From NCBI GenBank assembly GCA_963763775.1, contig CAVXPZ010000001.1, positions 512,001 through 576,000 on the forward strand: 64,000 nt of DNA, read 5' to 3'. Source of the stretch: an uncultured Chloroflexia bacterium. Lineage in GTDB: Bacteria; Chloroflexota; Limnocylindria; Limnocylindrales; CSP1-4. This document shows positions 54,975-64,000 of this stretch, one piece after another. A program made the position numbers and the translations under genes. The notes beneath the pieces were generated by a model. The model had not been told where the DNA came from and made no database searches. It worked only from the letters and a program-made list of their open reading frames with translations. The stretch's first letter is position 1. Each line of letters opens with the position of its first letter.

Positions 54975-57465
54975 CTAGGTCCGGAAGCGGGCACCCAGGT
55001 CGGCGGTCAGCCCGGCGACGACCGCGGCGACGGCCTCGTCGACCTCGGCCTCGGTGAGCGTCCGGTCGTCGCTCCGAAGGATCAGGCGGTAGGCGAGGCT
55101 CTTGTCGGCGTCGTCCAGCGGGCGGCCGCGGTAGACATCGAAGAGCTCGACCCGCCGCAGCAGGGGGCCACCGTGCCGTCGGATCGCCGCGTCCACGTCT
55201 GCCGCCGCCCGGTCCAGCGGCATGATCACCGCGAGGTCCCGCTCCACGGACGGCTGACGCGACGGGGTCGCCCCGGCCGGCACGCTCGGTCGGCCGCCGG
55301 CCAGGCCGGCGACCGCGAGTTCGGCCAGGACCACGCGGTCCGCGCGCAGGTCGAGGGCCTCGAGGGTGTCGGGATGCAGCTCACCGATCCGCCCCGTGAC
55401 GCGGCCGCCCGTCGAGACCCGGGCCGCGCGGCCGGGATGGAGGTTCGGGTCGTCGGTCAGCGGTGCGTAGGTCGGGGCGTCGAACCCCAGATGCCGGCAG
55501 AGCAGCTCGATGAGGCCCTTGCCGTCGTCGAGGTCGTACGGGCGGGCGGCCCGGTTCCAGGCCGGCGGCTCCGCCGGGCCGGTCAGGGCGAACCCGAGGC
55601 GCCACCACTCGTGCGTGCGGCGGGTCGTCGGTCGCGCCGTAGCCCTTGCCGACCTCGAAGATCGCGACCGCGTCGCGCCCGTACCGGACGTTCGTGGAGA
55701 CCACGTCGAGCAGGCTGCCGGCGAGCCGCTGGCGAAGCACGGAGTGCTGGCTGGACAGCGGGTTCGTGACCGTGATCGGCCGCCCGGCGGCGCGCTGCTC
55801 CGGTTCCTCGGCCAGCACCTCGTCGTCGACGACCGGGAACCGCTCGACGTTCCGGGGCGACACGAGCGCGAAGGTGACGACCTCCGTGAGGCCCGCGCCG
55901 ACCAGCGTCGTCCGGACGTGGTCGCGCGTCTCGAGCGGGTCGTGCCGATACGTGGGCATCGGGGTGTGCGGCAGGATCGAGGGGACCAGGTCGTAGCCGC
56001 GGACCCGGATGATCTCCTCGGCGATGTCGGCCTCGACCGCGAGGTCGCGACGCCACGTGGGCACGATCGCGTCGACGACCGCGTCGGCCCCGGGGTCGGC
56101 GTCGAGCGGGCGCGTGCCGCCGGCGATGGGGATCCGGGTGCCCGGTGCCGCGGGCGCGCTCTCGATCCCGACCCGGGCGAGCAGGTCGCGCTGCTCGTCG
56201 GCCTCGAGCGAGGTCCCGAGCAGTCGGTTCACTCGGGCCGGGCGGAACGCCACCCGCGCGACGTCGGGTTCGATCGGGTTCGAGTCGACGGCGCCCGGCG
56301 CGACCGTGCCCCCGGCCCATTCGGCGACGAGACGGGCCGTGCGATCCGCCCCGATCCGTGCCAGGCGGAACTCCTGACCCTTCTCGAAGCGCAGGCTCGC
56401 CTCGGATCGGAGGGCGTAGCGGAACGCCGTCCGACGGATCGTCACCGGGTCGAAGATCGCGGATTCGACGGCGACCTCCGTGGTCGAGGGCGACACTTCC
56501 GAGCCCGCCCCGCCCATGACCCCCGCGAGGCCGATCGGCCCGGCCGGATCCGTGATCAGCAACGTGTCCGGGTCGAGGTCGCGCATCACGTGGTCGAGCG
56601 TCTCTAGGCGCTCCCCGCGTTCGGCGCGGCGCACGATGATCCGACCCTCGTGGATCGCGGCGGCATCGAAGGTGTGGACCGGCTTGCCGAGCTCGATCAT
56701 CACGTAGTTGCTCGCGTCGACGACGTTGCTGATCGGCCGCTGGCCGGCGGCCATGAGCCGCATCTGGACGCGGTCGGGCGACGGCCCGATCGTCACGCCG
56801 CTGACCCAGCGGCCGACGAACCGCGGGCACAGGTCCGGCTCGCGCACCTCGACGCTGAGGCGTTCGCTGGTCGGCTGGCCGCCGGTCTCGACATCCGTGG
56901 GCGGGAACCGGAGCGGCGAACCGGTCACGGCCGCGACCTCGCGCGCCAGGCCGACGATCGACAGGGCGTCGCCCCGGTTCGGCTTGACGTCGACGTCGAG
57001 GACCGTGTCGCCGTAGAGCGCGGTGAGCGCGGCACCGATCGGCGTGTCCGACGGCAGGATCAGGATCCCCTCCCCGTCGGCGGTCAGTCCCAGCTCGTCG
57101 CCGGAGCAGAGCATCCCGTTGCTGACGACGCCCATCTTCTCGGTCCGCTCGATCCGTCGGTCGCCGGGCAGGACCGCGCCGGGCAGCGCCACCGGGACCC
57201 GCTGTCCGACGGCGATGTTCGTCGCCCCGCACACGATCTCGAGCGGCTCCCCGTCACCGACCGCGACGCGCGTCAACGACAGGCGGTCGGCTCGCGGGTG
57301 ACGGTCGACCGCCAGCAGCTCGCCGACCACGACGTTTCGCCACCCGGCGCCCCACGCCTCGACGCCCTTGACCTCCATCCCGAGGAGCGTCAGGCGCTCC
57401 GCGAGCGCCTCGGGCGTGAGGTCGACGTCCACGAACTCGCGCAACCAGCTCAGCGGCACCCTCAT
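54975..57465 (-). CDS. pheT: Phenylalanyl-tRNA synthetase beta subunit (frameshift near 55615)
   Basis: MRVPLSWL, IVCGATN, PNRGD, RFEKG, RDLAV..FDVY..KSLAY. Confidence 0.95.
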
Positions 57466-58502
57466 CGGAACTGCTCCAGGAACCGGAGGTCGTCCTCGAG
57501 GAACAACCGCAGGTCCGTGATGCCGTGCTTGAGCATCTTGATGCGCTCGGGGCCCATCCCGAACGCGAAGCCCTGGTAGCGCTCCGGGTCCAGACCGCCG
57601 TACTGGAGCACGACCGGGTGGACCATGCCGGCGCCCAGGATCGTCATCCAACCCGTCCGGCCGCAGGCGGGGCAGCCACTGCCGCCGCAGACAAGGCACT
57701 CGACGTCGAACGCGACCGACGGCTCCGTGAACGGGTAGTAACCCGGCCGGAACCGCGTCCTCTTGTCCGCGCCGTACATCGCCTTGGCGAACTGGTCGAG
57801 CAGGCCTTTGAGATCGGCCATGGTCGTGCCTTCGTCGACCATCAACCCCTCGACCTGGAAGAACTCCGAGCCGTGCGAGGCGTCGATCGCCTCGTATCGG
57901 AAGCATCGGCCCGGGAGCAGGGCCCGGATGGGCGGCTTGACCGTGCGCAGCACGTGGATCTGACCCGGCGACGTGTGGGTCCGGAGCAGCCGGCCCTCGA
58001 CATCGACGTACAGCGTGTCCCAGAGGTCCCGTGCCGGATGATCGGGCGGGATGTTGAGCATCTGGAAGTTCGTGAGGTCGTCCTCGATCTCCGGGCTCTC
58101 GTACGAGACGAACCCGAACTGCTCGAAGATCCGGCCGATCTCGCGCATCCCCTCGATGCTGGGATGGAGCGTCCCGCGGGCGATCGGGCGGCCCGGCGTC
58201 GTGACGTCGACACGTTCAGCGACCAGGCGTTCCGCGAGGGCCGATCCGTGCAGCAGCGCCCCACGCCTCGCGATAGCGGACTCGATCGCGGTTCGGACGG
58301 TGTTGGCGATGGCGCCGACGCGCGGCCGGTCATCGGCCGGCAACGCCCCGATGCCGCGCAGCACGGACGTCAAGCGACCCTTCTTGCCGAGGATGTCGAG
58401 CTCGAGGGCATCGAGCGTGCGGGCGTCCGGGCTGGCCTCGATCGCCGCCAGCGCGTCGTCGCGCAGCGTCTCGAGGTCGCGGGTCAGGTCGGCGAGGTCC
58501 AC
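57462..58502 (-). CDS. pheS: Phenylalanyl-tRNA synthetase alpha subunit
   Basis: HPARD, LRTHTS, FFQVEG, YPFTEP, GFAFGMG. Confidence 0.96.
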   Translation of the reverse strand: MDLADLTRDLETLRDDALAAIEASPDARTLDALELDILGKKGRLTSVLRGIGALPADDRPRVGAIANTVRTAIESAIARRGALLHGSALAERLVAERVDVTTPGRPIARGTLHPSIEGMREIGRIFEQFGFVSYESPEIEDDLTNFQMLNIPPDHPARDLWDTLYVDVEGRLLRTHTSPGQIHVLRTVKPPIRALLPGRCFRYEAIDASHGSEFFQVEGLMVDEGTTMADLKGLLDQFAKAMYGADKRTRFRPGYYPFTEPSVAFDVECLVCGGSGCPACGRTGWMTILGAGMVHPVVLQYGGLDPERYQGFAFGMGPERIKMLKHGITDLRLFLEDDLRFLEQFR

Positions 58503-58535
58503 ATCCGTCCTTCCGGGAGTGACCCGAGAATCAGA

Positions 58536-58565
58536 AGCCCTCGAGCGTCAGCGACGTCGAGGGCT
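58536..58565 (-). terminator. Terminator-like hairpin after rplT
   Basis: agccctcga...tcgagggct stem followed by a U-rich tail on the minus strand. Confidence 0.5.
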
Positions 58566-58601
58566 CGTGTCGGGCCGTGATAACCGCCGAATCGGCGGCG
58601 G

Positions 58602-58952
58602 TCAGGCGCCCTTGGCGAGCTCGACGATCCGCCCGAAGGTGGCGGCGTCGCGAACCGCCAGGTCCGCCAGGATCTTGCGGTCGATCTCGACGTCGGCCTT
58701 CTTGAGGCCGTTGATGAACTGCCCGTAGGTCAGCCCGTTCTGGCGCGCCGCGGCGTTGATCCGGACGACCCACAGCTGGCGCATCTGGCGCTTCCGCTGC
58801 TTGCGGTCCCGGGTGGCGTAGGCGAGCGCATGGAGCAGGGCCTCGCGCGCCGGCTTGATCAGCCGCGACTTGGTGCCCTTGCGGCCCTCAGCGTCCTGGA
58901 GCAGGCGCTTGTGGCGCCGGTGGGCCGTGACGCCCCGCTTGACTCGTGCCAT
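58602..58952 (-). CDS. rplT: 50S ribosomal protein L20
   Basis: [29 protein letters not shown]. Confidence 0.97.
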   Translation of the reverse strand: MARVKRGVTAHRRHKRLLQDAEGRKGTKSRLIKPAREALLHALAYATRDRKQRKRQMRQLWVVRINAAARQNGLTYGQFINGLKKADVEIDRKILADLAVRDAATFGRIVELAKGA

Positions 58953-58970
58953 GTGGTCTGAACGCCTTCC

Positions 58971-59168
58971 TTACAGGTACGGCAGCAGGCGTCGGACCTG
59001 CTTGGCGTGCTCGGGGCCGATCACGGACTTGCCGGCGTACCGGCGGGTCCGTCGAGACGACTTGATCTCGAGATGATGGCCGCTCCAGGCGTTGACCCGG
59101 ATGATCTTGCCGCTCCCGGTCACGCCGATGCGCTTCTGGGCGGCCTTGTGGCTCTTGATCTTCGGCAC
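58971..59168 (-). CDS. rpmI: 50S ribosomal protein L35
   Basis: MPKIKSHK..KR..TGSGK..LLPY; lies between infC and rplT. Confidence 0.93.
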   Translation of the reverse strand: MPKIKSHKAAQKRIGVTGSGKIIRVNAWSGHHLEIKSSRRTRRYAGKSVIGPEHAKQVRRLLPYL

Positions 59169-59175
59169 GCCGGCC

Positions 59176-59925
59176 TCACTCTCCTGTGGCGACCGGCTCG
59201 GGAGCCGGTGCCGCTTCGGTCTTGGTCGCAGCCGGCGCGGGCGCCGGTGCGGGTTCGGTCTTGGTCGCGGCCGGCGCGGGCGCCGGCGTGGTTGCGCGTT
59301 TCACCGGTGCCGCGGCCGGAGCCGGAGCACCATCGGTCATCGGTGCCGCGGCGGTGACCGCCTCGGCGGTCTCGTCGTCGGCCGGCCGTGGGGCCGGGCC
59401 GTCGTGTCCCTTGGGCTTGTGGGTCGACGCCATCGTGATGTGCATCGACTTGCCTTCCAGGAGCGGCGTCCGCTCGGGGATCCCGTGATCCTTGACTCGA
59501 TCGGAGAACCGAGCGAGGAGGTTCCGGCCGATCTCCGGATGGGTCAATTCTCGACCGCGGAAGCGGACGGTCACCTTGATGCGATCACCCTCCTCGAGGA
59601 ACTCGATCGCCCGGTGGACCTTGGTATCGAAGTCGCCGACGCCGATCTTCGGCGACAGGCGGACTTCCTTGAAGGTGACCGAGCGCTGCTTGCGCTTGGC
59701 TTCCTTCTCGCGCTTCGTGAGTTCGTACTTGTACTGCCCGAAGTCCAGGAACTTGACCACCGGTGGCGAGGCCATCGGTGCCACTTCCACGAGGTCGAGT
59801 CCCCGCTCCTGCGCCATCTCGAGCGCCCGCGGCGTGGGCATCACACCCAGCTGGGCACCTTCCTCATCGACCACCCGGACCTGAGGGATCCGGATCATCT
59901 GATTGACTCGCAGGTCTCGGCTGAT
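59176..59925 (-). CDS. infC: Translation initiation factor IF-3 with non-canonical ATC start and Ala/Pro/Thr tail
   Basis: AAGGAG-N6-ATC; RVNQMIR..VRVV, LDLVEVAP, FRGRE. Confidence 0.95.
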   Translation of the reverse strand: MSRDLRVNQMIRIPQVRVVDEEGAQLGVMPTPRALEMAQERGLDLVEVAPMASPPVVKFLDFGQYKYELTKREKEAKRKQRSVTFKEVRLSPKIGVGDFDTKVHRAIEFLEEGDRIKVTVRFRGRELTHPEIGRNLLARFSDRVKDHGIPERTPLLEGKSMHITMASTHKPKGHDGPAPRPADDETAEAVTAAAPMTDGAPAPAAAPVKRATTPAPAPAATKTEPAPAPAPAATKTEAAPAPEPVATGE

Positions 59926-60063
59926 GGTTCGCTCCTTGTACGTTCCCGGGCAGACGACCGGCACGGGCACATAGCCCGCCTTCGGCCGAGCCGGGAGGAT
60001 AGCATATCGGGTCCTCGAGCGACAACGACCAGGGAGGTCCCGGCAGGCGCCCCGAACGTGACC

Positions 60064-61898
60064 TCAGGCGATGCCGCGCTGTCGGCTCTCCTCCGCCAGG
60101 CGGTCGGCGAACGCCTCCCAGTCCTGGGGCTCCTGCTGCTCGCCGGCCCTGGTCCGCGGCGAAGCCGTGCGAGCCTCGATCTCGCGGTCGCCGAGGACGA
60201 CCATGTACGGCACCTTCTGCTCCTGGGCGAGCCGGATCTTGTTCTGCATCCGGTTGTCCGACGCGTCGACCTCGACCCGGAGGCCGCGATCGTGGAGGAC
60301 GCCGGCGAGCTCCCGGGCAGCGTCGACGTGCCGGTCGGCGATCGGGACCACGACGGCCTGGACCGGGGCCAGCCACAGCGGGAAGGCCCCGGCGAAGTGC
60401 TCGGTGATGACGCCGATGAACCGCTCCAGCGAGCCGTAGATCGCCCGGTGGATCGCGACCGGGCGTTGCTGCTTCCCCTCCTCGTCGATGTAGTGCAGGT
60501 CGAACCGTTCGGGCAGCATCACCAGGTCGACCTGGATCGTGGCCGTCTGCCACTCGCGCCCGAGCGCGTCCTCGACCTGGATGTCGATCTTCGGCGCGTA
60601 GAACGCGCCGTCCTTCTCCTTGACGCGATATTCGCGCGCCGGAGCGCTCGAGGGCGTCGCGGATCAGGCTCTCGGCCCGGTCCCACAGCGCCGGGTCGCC
60701 GAGCGCCTTGTCGGGACGTGTCCCGAACGTGAAGTGCGGCGTCAGCCCGACCCACGAGTAGGACTCGCGGACCTCGCTCGAGCATCGCCTCGATCTCCGA
60801 GCCGATCTGGTCGGGACGGACGTACACGTGGGCGTCGTCCGTGACGAAGTGGCGGACGCGGGTCAGCCCCGAGAGCGCGCCGGACAGCTCGTTGCGGTGG
60901 AGCTTGCCGTACTCGGACAGCCGCAGCGGCAGGTCCCGATACGACCGCACGCGACTCCGGTAGATGTAGGTGGACTCCGGGCAGTTCATCGGCTTGAGGC
61001 TGAACGTCTGCTCCTCGGCTTCCACGAGGAACATGTGCTCGCGATAGAGGTCCCAGTGCCCGGATTGCTCCCAGAGGCGCTGATGGACCAGCGGCGGCGT
61101 GTAGATCTCCTGGTAGCCCCGTCGCTCCTGGAGCTCGCGCATGGCGTTCTCGAGCGTCCGGTACAGCGTCCAGCCCTTGGGGTGCCAGAACGCGGCGCCG
61201 GGCGAGATGTCGTGGAAGCTGAAGAGGTCGAGCTGGACCCCGAGCCGGCGGTGGTCGCGTTTCTTGGCCTCGGCGCGGCGCCACAGGTACTGGTCCAGCT
61301 CCGCCTGCGTCGCCCACACCGTGCCGTAGACGCGCTGGAGCATCGGTCGGTGCTCGTCGCCGCGCCAGTACGCACCGGCGACGGCGAGGAGCTTGAACGG
61401 GCCGACGTTGCCCGTGCTCGCCACGTGCGGCCCCTTGCACAGGTCGACGAACGGCCCGTGCTCGTAGACCGACACGGGCGGCATCGGCTCGCCGGCGCCC
61501 GTCGCCTTCGCCGCGAGGTCGTCGAGGATCTCCACCTTGAACGGCTGGTCGCGCTCGGCGAAGAAGGCCCGCCCGTCGGCCGGCGACAGCTCGCGCCGGA
61601 CGAACGGGTGGTCCGCAGCGACGCTCGCCGCCATCCGCGCCTCGATCGCCGCGAGGTCATCCGGCGTCAGCGGCCGGTCGAGCTTGAAGTCGTAGTAGAA
61701 GCCGTCGTCGATGGCCGGGCCGATCCCGAGCTGGGTGCCCGGGTACAGGTCCATGACCGCCTCGGCCATGACGTGCGCCGCCGAGTGGCGCATCGCGTCG
61801 AGCTCGCTGTGGGCGCCCGCGTCCAGCAGCTCGTCCGCGGAGCCGCGGGCCGGTGCCTCGAACAGCTCATCGCCGTCGTCGCGCTGTTCGTCGCTCAT
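60064..61898 (-). CDS. thrS: Threonyl-tRNA synthetase (frameshifts near 60780 and 60640)
   Basis: RHSAAH, DLCKGPH, RDHRRLG, KPMNCP, FYAPKID, HRAIYGSLERF. Confidence 0.95.
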
Positions 61899-61914
61899 CG
61901 TCCGGACCTCCTGA

Positions 61915-62150
61915 GAATCACGAAACCTCTCGTCCATCGACAGGACGAGAGGTTCACTCCCGCGGTCCCACCCGCCTTCGCGAGCCCGAGAGGCTCACGC
62001 ACTCGTGGTCGCGCTAACGGGCGACGCCCGGATCGGTTCACCGATCGCTCGCGGGTGGTGCCGGCCGGGTCGATCGTCGGGCTCGCAGCAGGTGCCCGGC
62101 TCTCTGGGGATCGATGGAACGGCTGGCGCGTCCCGTTCGACGCTGTCTGC
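61915..62150 (-). promoter_or_regulatory. T-box riboswitch (Thr specifier) upstream of thrS
   Basis: T-box GGGTGGGACCGCG, terminator CCTCTCGTCC..GGACGAGAGG-TTT, AG-box AGAGAG, ACC codon near 62057. Confidence 0.88.
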
Positions 62151-62158
62151 AGAAGATG

Positions 62159-62235
62159 TGGTGGGCGACACTGGACTCGAACCAGTGACCTCTTGCATGT
62201 CAAGCAAGTGCTCTAACCAGCTGAGCTAGCCGCCC
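62159..62235 (-). tRNA. tRNA-Val (GAC)
   Basis: GGGCGGCTAGCTCAGCTGGTTAGAGC..CTTGC-TT-GAC-AT-GCAAG..GGTTCGAGTCC..CGCCCACCA cloverleaf with encoded CCA. Confidence 0.97.
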
Positions 62236-62380
62236 ACGTCGCCGGTGTCCGCTCCCCGTGGTCGCGTCTCCGTTGGCTCACGGGTGTTCCAGGTCCGTGA
62301 CGGAGCCGTGCCCGCGGTGATCGACCGCCGGCGGCGACGCGCATCATACCCCGAGCCTCGGGTGACGTCATCATCGACCG

Positions 62381-63212
62381 ATGACCGGACCGACGCCGTA
62401 CGCGCTGCTCGATGTCGGCGGCGGCGGCCGACTCGAGCGGTTCGGCGAGCGAGTGGTGGACCGCCCGGCACCGGGCGCGCTCGGCGACCGCCGCGATCCG
62501 GCCGCCTGGCGGCGCGCCGACCTTCGCTTCGACCGCGACGGCGGATGGAGCGGTCCGGCTGCGGACGAAGCCCCGTGGTCGGTCGAGGTGGCCGGGGTGA
62601 CCCTCGAGCTGCGGCCGACCGACGCCGGGCAGGTCGGGCTGTTCCCGGAACACATCGCGACCGTGCCGTGGCTGCTCGCCCAGGGCGCCGCGACGATGCT
62701 GAGCCTGTTCGCCTACACCGGTCTGGCGACGCTCGCCGCGGCACGGGCCGGGACCGCGGTCACCCACGTGGACGCGTCGCGTCCCGCGGTCGCGTGGGCG
62801 CGGCACAACGCCGAACGCTCCGGCCTGGCGGACCGACCCATCCGCTGGATCGTCGACGACGCCCGCGGGTTCGTCGCACGGGAGGCGCGGCGCGGGCGGT
62901 CGTACGCCGCGATCGTCCTCGATCCGCCGACCTACGGTCACGGACCGGGCGGCCGGGCGTGGTCGATGGCCGACCTGCCCGCCCTGCTCGCTGACTGCCG
63001 CGCGCATCCTCGAACCGGGCGGGGCCGTCCTCCTCACCGCGCATACCCCCGACCACGACGAGGACCGGCTCGCGGCCCTGCTTGCTACCGGGGTCGGCGT
63101 GCCGGCCGGCCGCATCGGCACCGGCCGGCTGGCGATCGCCACCGAGGACGGCCGGGTGCTCGAGCTCGGCGCGTTCGCCCGGGTCGCAGCCACCGCCGAC
63201 CGGGCATCATGA
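62381..63212 (+). CDS. Class I SAM-dependent methyltransferase, RlmI-like (frameshift near 63000)
   Basis: YALLD.G.G.RLERFG, QVGLFPEH, LSLFAYTG, VTHVDAS, LDPPTYG. Confidence 0.82.
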
Positions 63213-64000
63213 CGTCGATGCCCTCCCCTGCCCCACCGACTCTCACGAGCCGAGCGAACCCGCGTGTCGTCGCGGTCGCGGCCCTGCGCGACCGACGCGA
63301 GCGCGACCGGTCCGGGCTGACCGTCGTGGACGGCGCGCGGGAGGTCCGACGCGCGCTCGACGCCGGGGCATCGGTCGTCGAAGCGTTCATCTGCGGATCA
63401 CGACTGGCCGGGCCGGACGCCCGCGCGGCCCTCGACCGCCTGACGGCGGCCGACGTCCCGACCACCTCGGTCAGCGAGGCGGTCTTCGAGAAGATCGGCT
63501 TCGGCGACCGGGCCGAGGGGATCGTCGCGACCGTCCGCATCCCGGACCTCGCGCTCGAGACGCTGGTGCTCCCAGGAGACGCCCTGGTCGTTGTCCTCGA
63601 GGCCGTCGAGAAACCCGGCAACCTCGGCGCGGTCCTCCGGTCCGCGGACGGCGCCGGCGTGGATGCCCTGGTCGCGGCCTCGCCGACGACCGACCTGTAC
63701 AACCCGAACACGATCCGCGCGAGCGCCGGCACCATCTTCCAGGTCCCGCTCGCCTCGGCGCCCGCGGACGACGTCCTCGCCTGGACGCGGGCCCAGCACC
63801 TGCGGGTCGTCGCGGCGCGCGTGGACGGGGCGCTGCCCTACACCGACGCGGACCTGACCGGTCCCCTGGCGATCGTGCTGGGCGCGGAGGCGGACGGACT
63901 GACGGACGCCTGGCGGGCCGCAGACGTGGAGCCGGTGTCCATCCCGATGCACGGGATCGCGGACAGCCTCAACGTCTCGGTCTCGGCCGCGGTGTTGCTC
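63209..64000 (+). CDS. TrmH/SpoU family RNA methyltransferase (3' end runs off window)
   Basis: LTSRANPRV, LEAVEKPGNLGAVLRS, LGAEADGL, IPMHGIADSLNVS. Confidence 0.9.
   Translation, partial: MTSMPSPAPPTLTSRANPRVVAVAALRDRRERDRSGLTVVDGAREVRRALDAGASVVEAFICGSRLAGPDARAALDRLTAADVPTTSVSEAVFEKIGFGDRAEGIVATVRIPDLALETLVLPGDALVVVLEAVEKPGNLGAVLRSADGAGVDALVAASPTTDLYNPNTIRASAGTIFQVPLASAPADDVLAWTRAQHLRVVAARVDGALPYTDADLTGPLAIVLGAEADGLTDAWRAADVEPVSIPMHGIADSLNVSVSAAVLL

Noticed and set aside
58503-58601. T-box upstream of pheS
   Set aside because: Only about 100 bp with a terminator-like hairpin; no UGGN antiterminator bulge or stem I.
62381-64000. Apparent fusion of the RlmI-like methyltransferase to TrmH
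   Set aside because: A single extra base near 63000 explains it. The proper C-terminus and a TGA overlapping the TrmH ATG are in another frame.
1-64000. CRISPR arrays, transposases, integrases, prophage or defence systems
   Set aside because: I saw no regularly spaced repeats and no recognisable motifs for these. The tRNA-Val 3' end is followed by the T-box, not by an integrated element.

Overview
This is a high-GC bacterial chromosomal segment. The gene content (rny-ymdB, mutS2-mpg-cvpA, a YerC-type his regulator, a T-box) suggests Chloroflexota or a related monoderm; the taxonomy is inferred. 1-12 kb holds accessory genes (ABC exporter, VOC, DHFR-like, VanZ/VanW, receiver-TrxB, LLM oxidoreductase) and ends at a 28-bp dif-like XerCD site (11895-11922). 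12-22 kb is a cell-envelope modification neighbourhood: a CPBP protease, a membrane sulfatase-like transferase, a kinase-methyltransferase fusion with an overlapping unannotated 59-aa YIDPGSGS peptide gene, a GtrA-HprK-like kinase fusion and a GT-C glycosyltransferase. It also contains a candidate rod-shaped small RNA downstream of DnaA boxes. 22-64 kb is housekeeping, mostly on the minus strand: hflX, miaA, miaB, PHP, ymdB, rny, recX, recA, tgt, ruvB/A/C, yebC, an EF-G paralog, the his genes with a TrpR-like regulator and tandem operator, tyrS, a class A PBP, mutS2, mpg, cvpA, pheTS, rplT-rpmI-infC, thrS with a Thr T-box, tRNA-Val(GAC) and two methyltransferases. About 20 frameshifts, some in essential genes, point to uncorrected indel errors in the assembly rather than pseudogenes. 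The best candidates for new biology are the peptide/kinase-methyltransferase/transferase module, the DnaA-box-associated ncRNA near dif, and the GtrA-kinase fusion.
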